Of a stretch of 49,593 nucleotides of DNA, positions 46,474-49,593 are shown piece by piece. Origin of the DNA: a candidate division WOR-3 bacterium (GTDB lineage Bacteria > Hydrothermota > Tepidihabitantia > Tepidihabitantales > DTDR01); NCBI GenBank assembly GCA_039801885.1, contig JBDRVN010000004.1:1-49593 (forward strand). The letters run 5' to 3'. Under the pieces are notes generated by a model. The model was not told the DNA's origin. It did no database searches and saw nothing but the letters and a program-made list of their open reading frames with translations. The translations under genes were made by a program, and so were the position numbers. Numbering within the stretch: the first letter of the stretch is position 1; each line of letters begins with the position of its first letter.

Positions 46474-47351
46474 AATATCTTTTGCCGGAAATAATTCACA
46501 AAATAAAAAGATTGGATTTAAAAGCTAAATTGGTAGTTGAAGGCTTTCTTTCCGGTCTTCACAAAAGTCCCTATAAAGGGCAGGCAATAGAATTTACTGA
46601 TTATCGCCCTTATTTGCCCGGAGACGAACTTAAAAGAATTGACTGGAAGATATTTGCCAAAACTGATAAATTTTGGATTAGAGAATATGAAGAAGAAACT
46701 AATCTGCGTGCTTATTTACTTTTAGATAATTCTTGTTCAATGGTTTATAAAAGTAAAAAGATTAGTAAATTTGAGTATGCTTCTTTTTTAGTTGCTTGTT
46801 TTGCCTATCTGTTATTCAAACAACACGATAGTGTAGGAATAGCAATTTTTAATAAAAATGATTATCAATATCTTCCACCCCAATTTTCTAAATTCCATTT
46901 ATCCAAAATATTGGAAACGATTGAAAAAGTAAAACCGGAAGGCGAGACAGATATTCTCAAAAGTTTAACAGAAATTGGAAAAAAAATTAAAAAACGGGGA
47001 TTAATAATTATTTTTTCTGACCTCTTTGACAACAAAGATAATGTATTAAAGGCATTAAAAATTTTACGACATAAGAAAAATGAAGTTTTAGTTTTTCATA
47101 TCCTCGACCCGAATGAAATAAACTTGGATTATAATGAACCAATAATTTTTAGAGATTTAGAAACAAAAAGAGAAATAACCCTGGACCCAAGAGGGATAAA
47201 AAAAGAATATCAAAATAGTTTAAGAAATTTATTTTTTTATTATAAAAAAGAATGTATTGCCCATTATATTGATTATAATCTTATTTTTACTAATATGCCT
47301 TTTGATTATGCCTTTTTTAATTATTTAGAAAAACGGTTAAGAATCAAATGA
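46470..47351 (+). CDS. DUF58 domain protein
   Basis: GLHKSPYKG, EFTDYRPYLPGDELKRIDWK, REYEEETN. Confidence 0.92.
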   Translation: MKYLLPEIIHKIKRLDLKAKLVVEGFLSGLHKSPYKGQAIEFTDYRPYLPGDELKRIDWKIFAKTDKFWIREYEEETNLRAYLLLDNSCSMVYKSKKISKFEYASFLVACFAYLLFKQHDSVGIAIFNKNDYQYLPPQFSKFHLSKILETIEKVKPEGETDILKSLTEIGKKIKKRGLIIIFSDLFDNKDNVLKALKILRHKKNEVLVFHILDPNEINLDYNEPIIFRDLETKREITLDPRGIKKEYQNSLRNLFFYYKKECIAHYIDYNLIFTNMPFDYAFFNYLEKRLRIK

Positions 47352-49213
47352 ATTTTTTTGCCCCAAATTTTCTTTATCTTTTACCATTAGTTTCTTTACC
47401 TTTAATCTTACATTTCATTTTTCGCTTTCGTTTAAAGAGAGTTGATTTTTCTTCTTTATTTTTCTTAATTGATTTAAAAAAAGAAAGATTTAATTTTTAC
47501 CGATTAAGAGACATTTTATTTCTTATTCTGCGAACGCTCTTCATTGCCTTTTTAATTTTAAGTTTGAGCCGGCCTTATTTTATTAAAAAAAAATCACCTA
47601 TTCTAAAAATTTTACCACAGAAAGCAAAATCAGTCGTTATCATTCTTGACGATTCTTATAGTATGGAATACGAAAATAACTTTGAAAAAGGAAAAGAAAT
47701 TTTAAAAGAAATTGTTAGAAATCTAAATAAAGATTCAAGGGTCACAATTTTATTAACCAGTAAGAGAAAAATTATAGAAAACGAAAGGGTTATTAATATC
47801 TCCGATACTCTGATTAAAAATTTAAAAATTTCTTACGATATTTCCTACGCCCAAAAGATATTGGAAGAATTTAAAAACTTTGATGGTGAAATTTATTTGA
47901 TTACTGATTTGCAAGAATATTCCTATTCTTTTTTAAAGGATTTCCAAAGTAATTTTCTATTAAAAATTATTGATTTAGGAAAAGAAAATTTTGAGAACTG
48001 CGGAATTGTTAGTCTTCGTTTTTTGCCGGAAAGAGAAGAAAAGATTAATTTGCAAATAAAATTGATTAATTATTCTCAAAAAGAATTAGAAATTCCGATT
48101 ACTTTTTATGGAGAGGATTTTAATTTTAAAAATTTTTTAATCCTTCCTCCTGGAATGAAAGAGTTCAATTTTGAAATTCCTAAGAGAGTAGAAAAAAATG
48201 TTGTGATCGGTAAAATTGAAATTGGTGAGGAAAATTTGAAGGGAGATAATACTTATTATTTTATTTATGAAAAAGAAAAAAAATCTCCAATTTTAATTAT
48301 TTACGAAAAGGAAGAAGACATTATTTATCTTAAAAAATTGTTCTCAATTGTTGAAGATTATCAGGTAGATTATTTGCCTTTAAGAGAAATAAAAAAAATC
48401 TCTTTTTCTTCCTATTCTTTACTTTTTTTGGTTAATCCCACAAAAATTGACCAATTTCTAAAATGGCAATTATCAAATTATTTAAAGAAGGAAGGAAAAG
48501 TTGTTTTGATTTTAGGAGAGACTTTAAAAGAAAATAAATTTGATGAAATTTTTGAAACCTTAGAAGCCTGGGAAGGAAAAGGGTTTTTAACCATTGATAA
48601 ATGGGAAGAAAACCATTTTATTTTTCAAGGCTTTAAAGAAAAAGTTATAAAAGAACCAAAATTTTATCGGGTGGTGAATTTAAAAGAGAAAAATCTAAAA
48701 ACATTATCATCTTTTAATAATAATTTTCCTTTTCTTTTGGAAGATACTATAAATAATTTATTAGTTTTTACCAGTAATTTTTCAGATAACTTTACTGATA
48801 TGCCAACAAAAATTTTATTTCTTCCCTTAATTTTCAAAACAATTGAATATTATGGAATAAAAAAGAAAAATAACTTCTTTATTGGCGAAACAATAGTATT
48901 AAATTTTGATTTGCCTCAAGTAAAAATTACGACTCCCTTTGGGAACTTTCTCAAAGAAACCTATTTAGAAAAAGGAATACGAAAGATAAAATTTTCGGAA
49001 ACAAAGGAGCCAGGGATATACCAATTTGAAGACAAAAAAATTTCAGTAAATACAAAGAAAGAGGAGGGTAATTTAAAAAAATTAAATTTAAAAGAAAAAA
49101 ATAATTTAAAAATAATAAAAGGAGAAATAAAATTAGAATATGAAACAACTTACTTTTTTCTATTTTTTGCTTTTTTTGTTTTTTTAGTTGAAATTATTCT
49201 TCTTTTTATCTAA
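47348..49213 (+). CDS. BatA-domain/vWA membrane protein
   Basis: PLILHF, LRTL..LILSLSRP BatA N-terminus, LDDSYSM MIDAS-like motif, C-terminal TM. Confidence 0.8.
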   Translation: MNFFAPNFLYLLPLVSLPLILHFIFRFRLKRVDFSSLFFLIDLKKERFNFYRLRDILFLILRTLFIAFLILSLSRPYFIKKKSPILKILPQKAKSVVIILDDSYSMEYENNFEKGKEILKEIVRNLNKDSRVTILLTSKRKIIENERVINISDTLIKNLKISYDISYAQKILEEFKNFDGEIYLITDLQEYSYSFLKDFQSNFLLKIIDLGKENFENCGIVSLRFLPEREEKINLQIKLINYSQKELEIPITFYGEDFNFKNFLILPPGMKEFNFEIPKRVEKNVVIGKIEIGEENLKGDNTYYFIYEKEKKSPILIIYEKEEDIIYLKKLFSIVEDYQVDYLPLREIKKISFSSYSLLFLVNPTKIDQFLKWQLSNYLKKEGKVVLILGETLKENKFDEIFETLEAWEGKGFLTIDKWEENHFIFQGFKEKVIKEPKFYRVVNLKEKNLKTLSSFNNNFPFLLEDTINNLLVFTSNFSDNFTDMPTKILFLPLIFKTIEYYGIKKKNNFFIGETIVLNFDLPQVKITTPFGNFLKETYLEKGIRKIKFSETKEPGIYQFEDKKISVNTKKEEGNLKKLNLKEKNNLKIIKGEIKLEYETTYFFLFFAFFVFLVEIILLFI

Positions 49214-49572
49214 TCTTCTTTTTCTGCTAATCGGCGGAGATAACGGACGTATCTATTCATAAATGTTTCGTCTTCTAATATCGCTACTCTCTTAACGATC
49301 ACCCGATTTATTTCACCGACAATTTTTAATCCATAGGTTTCGTGTCCTGGTTCCCGAACAATCCATTCAACACCCATACCTGGCTCCTTAGAAGGAGAAT
49401 AACCTTTACCTGTCTCATTTTGTAAGAATTTCGCTATCTCCCAACCTAAAGCCTCTACTGCCTCAATAGTTGAAACTCCCTCTTTTAAAAAAAGAATAAT
49501 TACTTCTCCGCCATAATCTCGAATGTCATCTAACCTTGTTTTTTTTAAATCAAAATAATCTCTTAAATCCAT
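49210..49572 (-). CDS. Hypothetical protein
   Basis: 120-aa ORF with natural composition; no motif recognised. Confidence 0.6.
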   Translation of the reverse strand: MDLRDYFDLKKTRLDDIRDYGGEVIILFLKEGVSTIEAVEALGWEIAKFLQNETGKGYSPSKEPGMGVEWIVREPGHETYGLKIVGEINRVIVKRVAILEDETFMNRYVRYLRRLAEKED

Positions 49573-49593
49573 AATATATTATTACTTTAAAAA

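Noticed and set aside
4701-49148. Short track ORFs antisense to or nested in confident genes (for example 4701, 6947, 9623, 13955, 15390, 17563, 18002, 18334, 21081, 22960, 23973, 24485, 25464, 28802, 29007, 29943, 32722, 33802, 35406, 36799, 37168, 41927, 45483, 45773, 45897, 48951)
   Set aside because: Shadow frames; their Phe/Leu/Ser/Ile bias mirrors Lys/Glu-rich sense codons and they lack initiation signals.

Overview
AT-rich bacterial chromosome segment (about 25-30% GC in sampled lines). Lys/Glu-rich proteins, lipoproteins, outer-membrane proteins and T9SS/FlgD-like C-terminal tails suggest an FCB-group organism, possibly candidate phylum WOR-3; the taxonomy is inference. Core content: rtcA, rpsO-pnp-M16 peptidase, envelope glycan genes, efp-ftsY-smc, rpmF-plsX, ndk, pyrK-D-F-E, an S10/spc ribosomal protein cluster that stops after rpsH, lipB, site-2 protease, fabD, tRNA-Gln(CUG) and DUF58/BatA. 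There is no rRNA, CRISPR array, integrase or transposase. Main points of interest: (1) an unannotated ~130-nt structured RNA (932-1064) that displays two anti-Shine-Dalgarno CCUCC loops; (2) most transcription units appear leaderless, with a sigma70 -10 box 5-9 nt before the start codon; (3) a 25.8-31.5 kb accessory island holding an XRE-HTH protein with two internal repeats that resemble the rudivirus/Adnaviria capsid fold, whose 3' 103 bp recur on the far side of a GC-rich cargo gene, plus a 24-nt tandem repeat and a frameshifted, internally deleted pseudogene; (4) small ORFs missed by the ORF track (33 aa at 739, 54 aa at 39382); (5) atypical motifs in EF-P, SMC and the PTPS protein. All family calls come from motif recognition, not database searches.
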